From: Malacoraja senta
Lineage: Eukaryota
Direction of reading: 5' to 3'
Length of the DNA stretch: 64,000 nt
Assembly: GCA_038087875.1 (NCBI GenBank)
Contig: CM076001.1
Coordinates: forward strand, 2,108,001 to 2,172,000
Shown here: positions 13,022 to 25,660 of the stretch, one piece after another
How positions within the stretch are numbered: the first letter of the stretch is position 1
Layout: the number at the start of each line of letters is the position of its first letter
The notes under the pieces: generated by a model
Seen by the model: the letters and a program-made list of their open reading frames with translations, nothing else
What the model was told of the DNA's origin: nothing
The model's database searches: none
Program-made: the position numbers and the translations under genes

Positions 13022-15270
13022 GTGTCAAGTGTCAAGTGTCAAGTGAGTTTATTGTCATGTGTCCCTAATAGGACAATGAAATTCTTGCTTTGCTTCAGCA
13101 CTCAGAACATAGTAGGCATTTACTACAAAACAGATCAGTGTGTCCATATACCATAATATAAATATGTACACACATGAATAAATAAACTGATAAAGTGCAG
13201 ATAACAGATAATGGGTTATTAATAATCAGAGTTTTGTCCGAGCCAGGTTTAATAGCCTGATGGCTGTGGGGAAGTAGCTATTCCTGAACCTGGTTGTTGC
13301 AGTCTTCAGGCTCCTGTACCTTCTACCTGAATGTAGCAGGGAGATGAGTGTGTGGCCAGGATGGTGTGAGTCTTTGATGATGCTGCCAGCCTTTTTGAGG
13401 CAGGGACTGCGATAAATCCCCTCGATGGAAGGAAGGTCAGAGCCGATGATGGACTTTGCAGTGTTTACTACTTTATGTAGTCTTTTCCTCTCCAGGGCGC
13501 TAAAGTTGTCGAACCAAGCCACGATTCAACCGGTCAGCATGCTCTCTACTGTGCACCTGTAGAAATTAGACAGAGTCCTCCTTGACAAACCGACTCTCCG
13601 TAATATTTTCAGGAAGTAGAGGCGCTGATGAGCTTTCTTGATAATTGCATTGTGTTCTCGGACCAGAAAAGATCTTCAGAGATGTGCACCCCCAGGAATG
13701 TAAAGCTCTTGACCCTTTCAACCATCGACCCGTTGATATAAACGGGACTGTGTGTCCCCATCCTACTCCTTCCAAAGTCCACAATCAGTTCCTTGGTTTT
13801 GCTGGTGTTGAGGGCCAGGTTATTGTGCTCGATGTCTCTTCTATACTCTGACATCCCCATCAGTGATACGTCCCACCACAGTGGTGTCGTCAGCGAACTT
13901 TATGATGGAATTCGCACTGTGACCGGCTACGCAGTCATGAATATAGAGTGAGTACTGCAGGGGACTGAGAACGCAGCCATGAGGTGCTCCCGTGCTGATT
14001 GTTATCGAGGCTGACACATTTCCACCAATACGAACAGATTGTGGTCTGTGAATGAGGAAGTCGGGGATTCAATTGCAGAGGGATGCGCAGAGACCCAGTT
14101 CTGCGAGTTTGGTAACCATCTTGGAGGGGATGATTGTGTTAAATGCCGAGCTGTAATCGATGAATAACAGCCTGACATGTGAGTTTTTGTTGTCCAAGTG
14201 GTCCAGAGCGGAGTGGAGGGCCAGCGAGATCGCATCCACCGTTGATCTGTTGGGGCGGTAAGCGAACTGCAGTGGGTCCATGTTTTTGTCGAGGTAGGAG
14301 TTGATTTGCTCCATGATCAACCTCTCAAAGCACTTCATCACCACGGGCGTTAGTGCCACAGGTCGATAGTCATTGAGGCACGTCACTTTACCCTTCTTGG
14401 GCACTGGTATAATTGATGCCCTTTTAAAGCAGGTGGGAATATCACACCTCAGAAGTGAGAGGTTGAAATTGTCCGTAAAGACTCCAGCCAGTTGGTCCGC
14501 ACAGGTTTTTAGAACACGGCCGGATATACCATCAGGTCCAGGCGCTTTTCGAGGGTTCACCCCTCTGAAGGAATTTCTGACGTCGGCCTCTGTGACTGAG
14601 ACTGAAATACCATCACAGCGAATGGGGGCTCGAGAAGGCACATCAGTGTTCTCCCTATCAAAGGTGCGTAAAACGCATTGAGCTCGTCAGGGAGTGATGT
14701 TTCGCCGACATTCGAGCTGCCTCCTGGTTTCCCCTTGTAGGAGGTGATTGCATTCAGGCCCCGCCACAGCTGCCGAACATCTGTCTCAACCTCCAGTTTG
14801 TAGCAGAAGTCCCTTTTGGCCTTTTTGATGGTCTTACCAAGGTCGTATCTGGACTTCTTGTAGGCCACTGTATCATCAGACATGAATGCCCTGTGTCTGG
14901 ACTTCAGAAGATTGCGGATCTCAAAGTTCATCCAAGGCTTCTGATTGGGAAACGCTCGGAAGGATTTGGTGGGGATGCAGTCCTCCACACACTTGTTATT
15001 GAAGTCTATAACGACTGTGGCGTATTCGTTCAGGTCCGTTGCCGAGTCCTTGAACATTGCACAGTCTACAGACTACAAGCAGTCCTGGAGTTCTTCCTCT
15101 GCCCCCCCCTCCGAACAGCTCTGTACTGTCCTCCCCTCTGGGGGTGCGCTCTTTAATTGCTGCCTGTAGGCAGGAAGAAGCAGTACTGCGGTATGGTCGG
15201 ATTTACCGAAGTGAGGGCGATAGGCATTCTTGATGGTGGTGTAGCAGTGGTCGAGAGTGTTTGGTCCTCG
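13022..15270 (-). mobile_element. Rex1/Babar LINE, 5'-truncated and frameshifted
   Basis: [63 protein letters not shown]; (CACTTGA)n-type tail at about 13022-13047. Confidence 0.9.
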
Positions 15271-16279
15271 CGCGGTTGACAGCGCGGTCAGCGATTATAT
15301 GTCATACCATGAGTGCCAGATACGTTCAAGCATAAGTCGACAGTGAAGCAAATTACATCTGGACAACATTCGCAGATTCTACCTCTAGAAGAAAATATCG
15401 AGGTCCTGTTCCTGTCCCCTTCCTGTTCCATTTCATTTACTGAGTTTCTTGTTCTTCGCTGGAATAAGAAAGGAAAGATCACAATATCATTGGAATGTTC
15501 AAATTCAGTGTATTTAAGTGTATTCCTATCCAGATGAATTACAATTACCAGTGAAGATGGCACATACTTTCCACAGTTAGAAGAGAGTAATTGTGTCGCT
15601 TTGTTCATGTCTTTGTCGCATTGTTGCCACGTGCTTCCAAACTGGCTGATCAATTCCATGTTAACCTGAAGAAAATATGTCAATAAATCATCATAATTGT
15701 GAATGTAAACACCACGCTTAACGTTATTCCGTTGAACGTCTCTGGTCACATGCTGTACATTTTAACATTTCCTCATTTCTATTATCTTCTCTAATATTTA
15801 TTTGTCTGTGAATTTCTCAGTCATGCGCCCAGCCCACACTATAGGAGTAATTGGCCATCTATGTTTGTTAATCAGATCGAAATCATTCTTGGACGCTCTC
15901 AATGATTCAAAATCTTGAGGTTACTGTTCACCGCTTTATATTCTGACCAAAATGTTCGATGACAGAGTACAATATGCTGTATTCCAGCTCCAGCAGCTCC
16001 AGCAGCTCCTGTTGCCACTAATGGACTCGTGTGACCTTCTGCCCCCTACAGACTTTATCCAGTCCGCTCAAATTTGACTCTTGTCGCTGACCCGTCCACA
16101 TCTCACGTATGCTGCTACAGGTTACGTGCATTTCCTTACCAGTGTTACTGAAGAGGCGTTTCTGGGTGTAGCTGCTTGCGATTGGTTTGCTCAGCTGATC
16201 AACGCGGGTGGGGCATGTAGTATTTTAGCTGAGATAGACCGTCACGGGTGACCACAAGTTTACAAACTCGGCGAGCGTC

Positions 16280-16760
16280 ATGAAGAAACAGTTAGCGCCG
16301 CTCCTTATCATGGCGTTACTTCTTGGTGAGGATGTACTTCCCATCAAACTTGCAGGGTTCATTTGACCTCATTAATACTGATGTTTATCTTGCTACAGTA
16401 AAAGTAGCTTGTTTGAGAAAGGTAATCTTGATGACAGTTGTAATGCTTTTTATTAGATTGGAGCCTGCAAGACTCAGTGGAACAACTGGTGGGAGAAATT
16501 ATGTCCGAAGAGGGAAGTAACATCAACCTAACCTGCACTTTGAAAACAACCGATCCATACCCATATGTCTACTGGTACATCCAGCGCCCTGGTCAGCCTC
16601 CGTATTACTTGCTTCAGATTACAAGAGGGACAGAAAGTAGAACGAGAGACCTCACAGACCGAATCTCTTCTACGTTCAATAAAACTACCAAGAATACCGA
16701 GCTAACGATCCGCAAGTCCGTGATCTCCGACTCTGCCGTGTACCTCTGTGTCATGAACCC
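16280..16760 (+). CDS. TCR V segment (V3), apparently functional; leader 16280-16325, V exon 16457-16760
   Basis: MKKQLAPLLIMALLL, 131-nt GT-AG intron, DWSLQDSVEQ..NLTCTL..YWYIQRPGQPP..DSAVYLCVMNP. Confidence 0.92.
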
Positions 16761-16799
16761 CACACTGCCATCGACGTATAACGGACCCGAACAAAAACC
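16761..16799 (+). other. 23-RSS of V3 (CACACTG-23-ACAAAAACC)
   Basis: Consensus nonamer, counted 23-nt spacer. Confidence 0.93.
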
Positions 16800-17184
16800 C
16801 GCCGTTTCCAATTTCGTGAGCACTCGCCAGGGGCGAGGTGTCCCAAAGGAACAAGAAGACACGATCGAGAGAAAGGCAAGGCATTCTTTGTTCCCCTGCG
16901 TACAAGGTGCTGTCCACTACATGGTCCTTATCGATCGCTAATTGTTTCAACGGCTATGAAAGGTTAACTAGCTCGAGGGGGTTCGAAAATAGCACTTAAT
17001 CGAACCTATCCCATCAAAGGAGATGCAACTGGTTCATATAGCTGAAACACCTGCAGGTACGAGAGTGCAAAATGAGCCGATATTGCATAAAAAATGTGCC
17101 CCTGTGTCTGTCCTTTGTATTTTTCCACTAGCAGTCCAAAGGGGCCACCCCATCATGATATCACACGACGAGGATTAGGTTTGT

Positions 17185-17395
17185 GTTGGAAGGAACTGCA
17201 GATGCTGGTTTAAACCGAAGGTAGACACAAAAAGCTGGAGAATCAGTTGGACAGGCAGCATCTGTGGAGAGAAGGAATGGATGACGTTTCGTGTCGAGAC
17301 GTCTGAAGAAAGGTTTCGGCCCGAAACGTCACGCATTCTTCCCTCCAGAGATGCTGCCTGTCCCGCGGATTTATTCCAGCTTTTTGTGTCTATCA
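17185..17395. repeat. Penelope-like palindromic repeat with a hammerhead-like core
   Basis: Arms CAAAAAGCTGGA..CAGGCAGCATCT and AGATGCTGCCTG..TCCAGCTTTTTG flank CTGAAGA-stem-GAAACGTC at 17303-17330. Confidence 0.7.
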
Positions 17396-17683
17396 AGGAT
17401 TAGGTTTGGCTACTGTTTGCCAACACGCGTTTTTTTTCCAAATGAATAGATTTATTTCGATGTCTCTACTTACCTGTAACTGCCATTGCAATTTTGTTCA
17501 CCGCGAGAGCGTAGTTTATATTTCAGAAACGGAGCGTCAGTTTTGTTTACCACGAAATCGACTCAAAAGTCAATTTCACCTGATAATCCATAGGCAAAGC
17601 TTGAGCAAGATAGTAACGCTTATCATACATACCTTCCCGGTTGGATATCGTCGACAGTACCTTGATGTAACGCAAACAAAGTC

Positions 17684-18428
17684 AATAGACAATAGACAAT
17701 AGACACAAGGTGCAGGAGTAGACCATTCGGCCCTTCGAGCGAGCACCGCCATTCAATGTGATCATGGCTGATCATCCCCAATCAGTACACCGTTCCCACC
17801 TTCTCCCCATATCCACGGATTCTGTTATTTTTAAGAGCCTTATCAAGTTCTCTCTTAAAAGCATCCAGAGAACCTGCCTCCACCGCCCTCTGAGGCAGAG
17901 ATTTCCACAGACTCACCACTCTCTGTGAGAAAAAGTGTTTCCTCGTCTGCGTTCTAAATGGCTTACTCCTTATTCTTAAACTGTGTGGCCCCTGGTTCTG
18001 GACTCCCCCAACACCGGGAACATGTTTCCTGCCTCTAGCCTGTCCAAACCTTTAACAATCTTATATGTTTCAATGAGATCCCCTCGCATCCTTCTAAACT
18101 CCAGAGTGTACAAGCCCAGCTGCTCCATTCTCTCAGCATATGACAGTCCCGCCATCGCGGGAATTAACCGTATAAACCTACGCAGCACTCCCTCTACACC
18201 AATAATGTCCTTCCTCTAATTAGGGTACCAGTAACGCACACAATACCCTAGGTGTGGTCTCACTCGGGCTCTGTCCAACTGCAGAAGGACATCATTGCTC
18301 CTATATTCGATTCATCTTGTTATAAATGCCAACATGCCATTCGCTTTCTTCACTGCCTGCTGTACCGGCATGCTTACTTTCATAGACTGATGTACAAGGA
18401 CCCACAGATCCCGTTGTACTTCCCCTAA
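17684..18428 (-). mobile_element. CR1 3' fragment
   Basis: RRFIRLIPAMAGLSY..RMRGDLIETYK..ESRTRGH; (CAATAGA)n tail at about 17684-17705. Confidence 0.88.
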
Positions 18429-18923
18429 GTCAATTATTTAAAATGCCGCAGGCCCCCGCCTATGTGCCGAACGACATACTGTGAACTGTACTAATTATGA
18501 GGCGTTTCACGAATGTGAATAGCCCGCGAAGTAGTTTTGCCGTCGCTGCGGCAAACACCACGGAGGATCATAGAATCTGATGAGATTATTTACAATAATC
18601 ACCACTGACATCAAGATCAGTATCCGAGAAATCACAAATATAAAGAGGGATCGAATCGACGGCAGGGAGTAAATTATTTCCAAGTAGTTTACAATCGAAA
18701 ACTCAATTCCAGAAATAGCTGTATATTTTCTTTTCTTGAGGGAGCTGTATTTTAGGAAATAGGTGAGGAAAAGGGGACTTGGGTTCGGGAACAGACGACA
18801 TGAGCTTCTTTTGCAGTTGTATTACCTGTAGTCAACAGGAACTGTGGCCCATTTAAACGATTCGCTCGTTCGCTGCACGAAACATACAAGCCAACCAAGG
18901 GAACAACTGGTAAAAGACCAACA

Positions 18924-18965
18924 TCCGACTCCGCCGTGCACTGCCGTGCCATGAACTCCACGATG
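18924..18965 (+). pseudogene. 3' remnant of a V2-family V segment
   Basis: TCCGACTCCGCCGTGCACTGCCGTGCCATGAACTCCACGATG matches 33 of 42 bases of the V2 3' end (SDSAV.xRAxNS plus heptamer position); upstream part too decayed to delimit. Confidence 0.55.
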
Positions 18966-19462
18966 CAGCGCAATATAATTGATACAAAGTCGCCAACAAA
19001 TGGCGCTAGCCAGAATCTTTAAAACAAGCCATACCTTTTTCATAAATAATGGTTCACACCCCCACTCTCTCTCACTGCATTCATACAACCGCCATCTCAT
19101 TACAACCTTGTTTCGAGTTCACCTGCCTTTTTTTTAATCATTCCTACCATTCTACCATGATATTAAACTGAAACAATCAACGAGATATCCTCTCATGAGA
19201 TGATATTTGGAGAGCGCCCTCACATACCGAATGTCACCTCTGACTCTCCTACGCTGCAGCATTCTACTTGTGTCCAGTTCGCTTTGTCAACTTGCGAATT
19301 GTGTCTTACGTTTTTTACCTAACTGTATCTGGTAGAAAAGAACACAGTGGAAGTCATGGGTCTGACGCAAGTTTAACTATTATCTGTCATTAATAACTGT
19401 GGGAGTTGTGATAAATAAATATAAATTGATTGGATACAATTTTCACCGCAGTGGAATACTTT

Positions 19463-19500
19463 TGATTGGTTTTCTGCACGGAAATGACATCAGTCCAGCT
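19463..19500 (+). promoter_or_regulatory. V4 promoter module: inverted CCAAT plus CRE-like TGACATCA
   Basis: TGACATCA at 19485-19492, 128 nt before the leader ATG; clearly homologous to 32962-32997. Confidence 0.65.
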
Positions 19501-19612
19501 TCAGCCAATGTGCTCAGCTATTTGTACTTCTTATTGCTTTAACAGTTGTGCATGCGAGATTATCTATACGAATCCGACCCTCAAACTATCACAGTATTCA
19601 CGCGCAGTTAAA

Positions 19613-22600
19613 ATGCAAATCTTTGCACCTGTTACATTGGTTGCAATGATTATCGGTAAGACAATTTAATATTTTTTATGAAGTGGGTTTATCGTCAAAG
19701 AGAAGACATTAAGATCTCAGATGCCCCGTTAAACATTTATAGAACTATACTGTCTGTCCTTCCACCGCCATTTCTGCAACATAAAAAGGGCTTGATTCGT
19801 TTTCCCTGTTCAGATGAAGCGTTGTGAATCGGAAACATTAACAGGTTTTTTTTCTGTCCACGGATGCTGGCTGACCTGGTGTGTGTTTCTGGATTTCCTG
19901 TTTTTAGTTTAGATATTTGCCAGTGGAATCTATTGGAGGGTAGAATTACGACTTCTAAAATACATTTGGTCAGATATATGGATGAGAGGTCTTTGGGGAA
20001 CTATGGACTAAATACATGCGATTGAAAACATCCCAGTTCGCCAAATGGATCTGAATAGACAAGAAGGCCGAATGGTCTGTTTCCGTTCCGCACAGATCCA
20101 TGACTCAATGAATTATGGTCCACTTTTGCAACTTTGCACAAAGCATAGTGCACGATTCGATACCACTGATCAACGAGGAAATTAAATGGATAAAAAATTA
20201 AGATTTTTTTTGACAATAACCTAAGATGTATCCGAAGATGTTGTGGGTAAACAAGAGAGGATTTTGTTGGGAGCCCTGGTTTAAATTTACGAGTCGTCTT
20301 TAAATGCTGGAGAGTTTCCGGAAGACTGATGGTTGACAAATGTTGTGGCTCTATTCAATAAGGGTAGGTGCTGGAAACTGAAGGCCAGTGCGCTTAACAT
20401 CTTTAGTTGGAAAGTAACTCGAGTGTATTCTGTTGGATAGGATATACATGCATTTAGACGGATAAGGGCTGATTAGGGATAGTCAGCATGGGTTTGTACG
20501 TGGGAAGCCGTGTCTCACAAATCTAATTGTGTTTCTTGGAAGACGTGACCAAAAAGGTCGCTGAGCGCCAAGCTGCAGATATTGTATATATGGACTTCAG
20601 CAAAGCATGCGACAAGGTTCCGCACAGGTAGGCTGATCTGGAAGGTAAGAAAGAATGGGATCCAAGGAGAGACAGCTGAATGGAAAGAAAATTGGCTTCA
20701 TGGAAGGAAGCAGAGGGTGATGGCGCAAGACGGCTTCTCGGACTGGATGCCTGTGACCAGTGATGTGCCTCAGGGTTCGGTGCTCGGCCAGTTACTGTTT
20801 CTCATCTATATCGATGATTTGGATGAGAACATACACGGCAAGACTGGCAGGTTTGCTGATAATACATAAATGGGTGGTTTTACATACAGTGAAGGTGGTT
20901 GTGCAAATTTGCAGCAGGATCTTGATCGACTGGCCAGGTAGGCTGAGGAATGGTTGATGGAATTTAATACAGAGAAATGTGAGGTGTTGCATTTTGGGAA
21001 GTCGAACATGGGCAGGTCCTGCTCAATGAATGCTAGGGATCCAGGGAATGTTTTAGAGCAGAGGGTTCTTGGAGTACATGTGCATGGTTCATTGAATGTG
21101 GAGTCGCTGTAATGGTTATATGGTTATATGGGTATATTGGCCTTCATCAGTCAGAGTATTGAGTATAGAAGTTGGGAGGTCATTTTGCAGTTGTATAAGA
21201 CGTTGGTGAGTTCTGTTGTGTTCAGTTCTGAGCAACATGTTATAGGAAAGATGTTGTTGTCAAGCTGAAAAGGGTACAGAGAAAATTGACAAAGATGTTT
21301 CCAGGGCTAGCGTGTCTGAGCTCTCGGGGGAGATTGAGTATTCTGGGACTCCGTTGTTTGGAGCCCAATATAATGTGGGCTAATATTATTGAGCTGCATA
21401 AAATCATAAAAGGAATAGATAAGGTAGTTACACAGAGTATCTTGCCCAGAGTAGGTGAATGAGGGCCAGAGGATATGGATTTAGGTGAAGGGGAAAAGAG
21501 TTAACAAGAATCTGAGGGGTAACTTTTACACACAAAGAGTGATGGGTGTATGGAACAAGCTGGCAGAGGAGGTAGTTAATCAAGGACTATCACAACAGTT
21601 AGACAGGTACATGGATAGGTCAGGTTTGGAGGGATATGGACAAAACGCGGGCAGCCGAAAAAATAGTGGCATTTAAGGATTTACGGAGAGACACGTGGCT
21701 AGGCAGGGAACGGTACAAGCCGGCAAAGGAGATTTGTTTATCTACGTCATCCTCGGAACCGATATTGTGCGCTGAAGGACATATTGATGTGCTAGACTCT
21801 TCTCTGTACTGTGTTCTAATTACAGCTTATCGTTATAAATATAACATAACTGATAAATCCAGCGGGATATAGAGGAGAACAATATCACGTGGAATGCTTA
21901 GGTAGCTTTTTGTAGTGTTACAAACTCATACAAATAGTGTAGCAGGGACAGTATAAATAGGTGGTCACTGCGAATGAAATGTAAGGATGTAAGTTGAGTA
22001 TGTCAAAGGTGGGGGTGGAGACATGTCCTGGGATTTATGCACACGCATTCCTATTTACTCATGAATCACAATTCTCCTCTGTAAGTTTAGTTGAATTTAG
22101 TTTAGAGACATAGCGCGGATACAGGCCATTCGGCCTAACGAGTTCGTACCGACTAACCATCCCCGCACAGTAATGCCATCCTACACTAGGGACATTTTTA
22201 TTTATTTTTTATACCAAGACAATTAACCTACAAACCTGTACGTCTTAGAGTGTGGGTGGAAACGGAAGTTTTCGGAGAAACGCCACGCAGGTCACGGGAA
22301 AAATAGTGCTAACTCCGTACAGACACGCACTCGTAGACAGGATCGAACCCAGGTCCCTGGCGCTATAAGTGTTGTAAGGCAGCAACTCTACTGCAACACT
22401 GTGCCGCCCTATTCCACTGCTATTGCCCGCTCCGAATCCTGCTAGCATTATTGAAGTTCAATCTAATGTTCCATGTCACGCTTTCTTTAACTGTGTTCCA
22501 GGTCTGAGCAATGGAAACGTTGTGTCTCAGCGGGATCCCACGCTGACAAGGGCAGAAGGAGAAACTGCAACTTTAGTCTGCACATACACCGGCGATATTA

Positions 22601-22805
22601 CTTACGTATTCTGGTACCGCCAGTACCTAAGCAAGCAACCGGAAGTTGCGGTCGGGCGTTTCACCGAAGCCAATTTAGATTTCAAGGCAGAATTCGCTCG
22701 GACCCGCTTTTCTGATTCCGTTCAGCGTTCAAGCAAAATGTATCATTTGGCGATCTCGGATTTGCGGCTGTCGGACACGGCGGTATATCATTGTGCACTG
22801 AGGCT
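19613..22805 (+). CDS. TCR alpha/delta-type V segment (V4); leader 19613-19655, 2846-nt intron, V exon 22502-22805
   Basis: MQIFAPVTLVAMII with GTAAGA donor, phase 1, joins in frame to GLSNGNVVSQ..TLVCTY..FWYRQY..SDTAVYHCALR; the leader-to-exon pairing is inferred from phase and promoter homology with V5. Confidence 0.85.
20300..21810 (+). mobile_element. Decayed CR1 fragment inside the V4 intron
   Basis: QHGFVRGK-like, VPQGSVLG and FADNT remnants plus CR1 3' UTR. Confidence 0.8.
22084..22409 (-). mobile_element. tRNA-derived SINE (HE1-like) inside the V4 intron
   Basis: Reverse strand starts GGGCGGCAC..GTAGAGTTGCTGCC, has B box GGTTCGATCC, CR1-like 3' end and (CTAAA)n tail. Confidence 0.85.
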
Positions 22806-22844
22806 CACAGTGATGGGATTGGGCTGCGGCCTCGTACAATAACT
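22806..22844 (+). other. 23-RSS of V4 (CACAGTG-23-ACAATAACT)
   Basis: Consensus heptamer, counted 23-nt spacer. Confidence 0.9.
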
Positions 22845-23211
22845 GCAGGAGGATCCAACAAAAGCAGCGCGTGCGCTGTTTACAACAGAGGCCGAGACAC
22901 TCACGCAGGAATATTAAAATATTGTGCTTGATAAGTGGAAAAATGGAAACGGCCAAATAGTGTATTTGCCGCTATTAAGAAGGCTTCCAGCATGGACATG
23001 GGAATTTGCATTACCCGCATTTAATGGCGGCCACATTCCGGATAAGGAAAGCGGCTGCTGAAAATGAAATGACTGGCTGTGTTATTTATTCTCAAGACAG
23101 CGGAATCAGCACATCGGTAGATTGCAAAGAGCTAAAAGCGATTATGTCGAAAAATAGAGATGGTGGGGAAGGAAAGGTGGATGTACAACTTCCGTTGTAA
23201 ACTAATGGAAA

Positions 23212-24893
23212 CAGTGACGTGCGGTGAGGATAATGGCTGGGGAGGCACTGGCTAGTATCAGTGGCCCGGCCCTCCCTGTATTGATCACCGCGTCTCCCCG
23301 AGGAGCGAGAGGGGTGGAGCCGTGGCTGGGAAGGAGGGATAGAGAAGAGAAGGGAGGGAGAGAGAGAGAAGGGAGAGAGAGAGAAAAGGGAAGGAGAGAG
23401 TGAGAGAAGGGAGGGAGAGAGAGAGAAGGGAGGGAGAGAGAGAAGGGAGGGAGAGAGCGAGGAGGGGGAGAGTGGGAGAAGTGAGAGAGAGAGAAGGGAG
23501 TGAGAGACGGGAGAGAGAGAAGGGAGAGAGAGAGAAAGAATGGGGAGAGAGAGAGNNNNNNNNNNNNNNNNNNNNNNNNNNNNNNNNNNNNNNNNNNNNN
23601 NNNNNNNNNNNNNNNNNNNNNNNNNNNNNNNNNNNNNNNNNNNNNNNNNNNNNNNNNNNNNNNNNNNNNNNNNNNNNNNNNNNNNNNNNNNNNNNNNNNN
23701 NNNNNNNNNNNNNNNNNNNNNNNNNNNNNNNNNNNNNNNNNNNNNNNNNNNNNNNNNNAGAGAATGGGGAGAGAGAGAGAAGGAGAGAGATAGAATGGGG
23801 AGAGAGAGAGAATGGGGAGAGAGAGAGAATGGGGAGAGAGAGAGAATGGGGAGAGAGAGAAGGGAAAGAGGAACGATGGCACGTTATAACCCGCAGCCGT
23901 CCCATTCTGACCGCCGTCGACCCCACCCCCCTCCATCCCCCACCGCACAATTGCACCCATCTTCACGGCGGCCCAGTGATGTCTCGGCTCTGACAATTCG
24001 AGGGATCTAACCGGTAACAACACTAAGAGCAGCCCCGGGCCGCCGCGCTCCCCGACTCGAATCTAAGCTTGAAAAAAATCAGGTGGTGGGCCTGATGTGT
24101 CCCGCGGGCCGTATTGTGGAGACTCCTGCCTTACATGAACCAAACATGAACCAAATTGATGACTTTATTATTGTGATAAGTATAGATCTATTTTTTTTTT
24201 AATCTAATAACTTTCTAATGTACCGACAAAGTCTACCTTCCCAAGTGGCGTATCTTGTTCCGCTCCATGATCTTTGGTCTGTGCCGACGCTGCTGAAGCT
24301 CGCTAACGTGGAGGGAGAGTGAGGCAACGTCAATTAAGTGGGCTCAGCCTAAGTAATTGACGCTCACTCTTCCTCCACTGGGCTCAAGTCACGCCCCCTT
24401 GTGATCCAGATGTGATCGCTGCCTCCCCTGGAGCTTTTTGATTGCAGTTTTATGTTAGACCAGCGAGCATAAATGTAATATATTTGTATGTGAAATACGT
24501 TACCTGGACTATGGAAGGTAAGGACATGTAATGAAGGGGTTACACACATTACTTTGGTGACATACATAGAGATGGTAACAGGCACACGCTTATTGCCCGC
24601 GCCCCATACATATTCTAAGGGGTTGCGCAATCAGAGGGGAAGCTCAGCTCGTCGCTGCCGCACCTCTCATCTCTCCGTGTATTTGCAGTGCAGCTGCCAA
24701 AATTTTGCGATTTTTACTATAAAAATGATTTGATTCGTATAGAAATGACATTTATAACACAGATCAGTGGAAAATTCATTATATTTATTTTATTTTATTA
24801 TTATTTTTCTTTACTTTGCTTAACAGCTATTTTCATTGGGAGTATGACAGGTGAGGCTCTGCCTCCCCTGCCTCCCATGACCGCACGTCCCGG
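23212..24893. mobile_element. Non-autonomous hAT-type DNA transposon
   Basis: Termini CAGTGACGTGCGGT and (reverse complement) CCGGGACGTGCGGT; perfect 8-bp TSD AATGGAAA at 23204-23211 and 24894-24901. Confidence 0.85.
23330..23865. repeat. GA-rich simple repeat spanning assembly gap 23556-23758
   Basis: (GAGAGAGAAGGGAG)n and (GAGAGAATGGG)n units. Confidence 0.95.
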
Positions 24894-25660
24894 AATGGAA
24901 AATAAACATACCTGCACCTTGTTGGTTCGATGGATTGATTTATTGATCCACCGGGTGGCGCCAGCAATGGCTGCCTCGCCGACAGTCTGTCTGTCCTTTC
25001 TTTCCTTTTTATTTGATAGTATCTGTTAAATGTATGTTTTCAGTGTTCTTTAGCCTGTTTTATGTGGAGCTTGCGTGGAGTGGGTGGGGGAGGGTGTTGG
25101 AGGAAACTTCGGCTACCCCGACCACGGGAGAATATGGAGGAAGAAGTTGGACTTCTTTGCCTTCCATCACAATGAGGAATGTGGCGAATCCGCTGTGGTG
25201 GGTGTTTATGTTAACTTTTATGTAATTGTGTGTCTCATTGCTTTTCTTCTATGGCTTTCTGGTAATCGCATATCACTGTACCTTAATTGGTATATAAGAC
25301 CATTTAAATCTTTGAAACCATTGAATTAAAATTACAGGGCTGCGCTGAATTATTCCATGAATATTAGACATAGGAGCTGGTCTCGGTCCATGTTGCTCTG
25401 GTAAACTGCACCGCCATTCAATGTGGTTGGGCTGTTATTGGTCTCGCCTTCACTTTCCTATCTATTACCTCTCACTTGTGAATGACATTTAGTCGGAAAG
25501 TTTGGGTCAAAATGTGCCGTCAACAGGAAATTGCGAAGAATGGTGATGAAACAGCGCAGATGCGCAGAAACAACATAAAAACGATGATATCCGAAACAAA
25601 TGGCAATGCCTCTCCCCACTGAATCAGCCGATGCCGACTCAAATAATATACTCCCCGCGA

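Noticed and set aside
15288-15749. 153-aa minus-strand ORF
   Set aside because: No recognisable domain or splice context; probably chance or heavily decayed repeat
23202-24023. Long ORFs of 156-273 aa
   Set aside because: Artifacts of the GA simple repeat and the N gap
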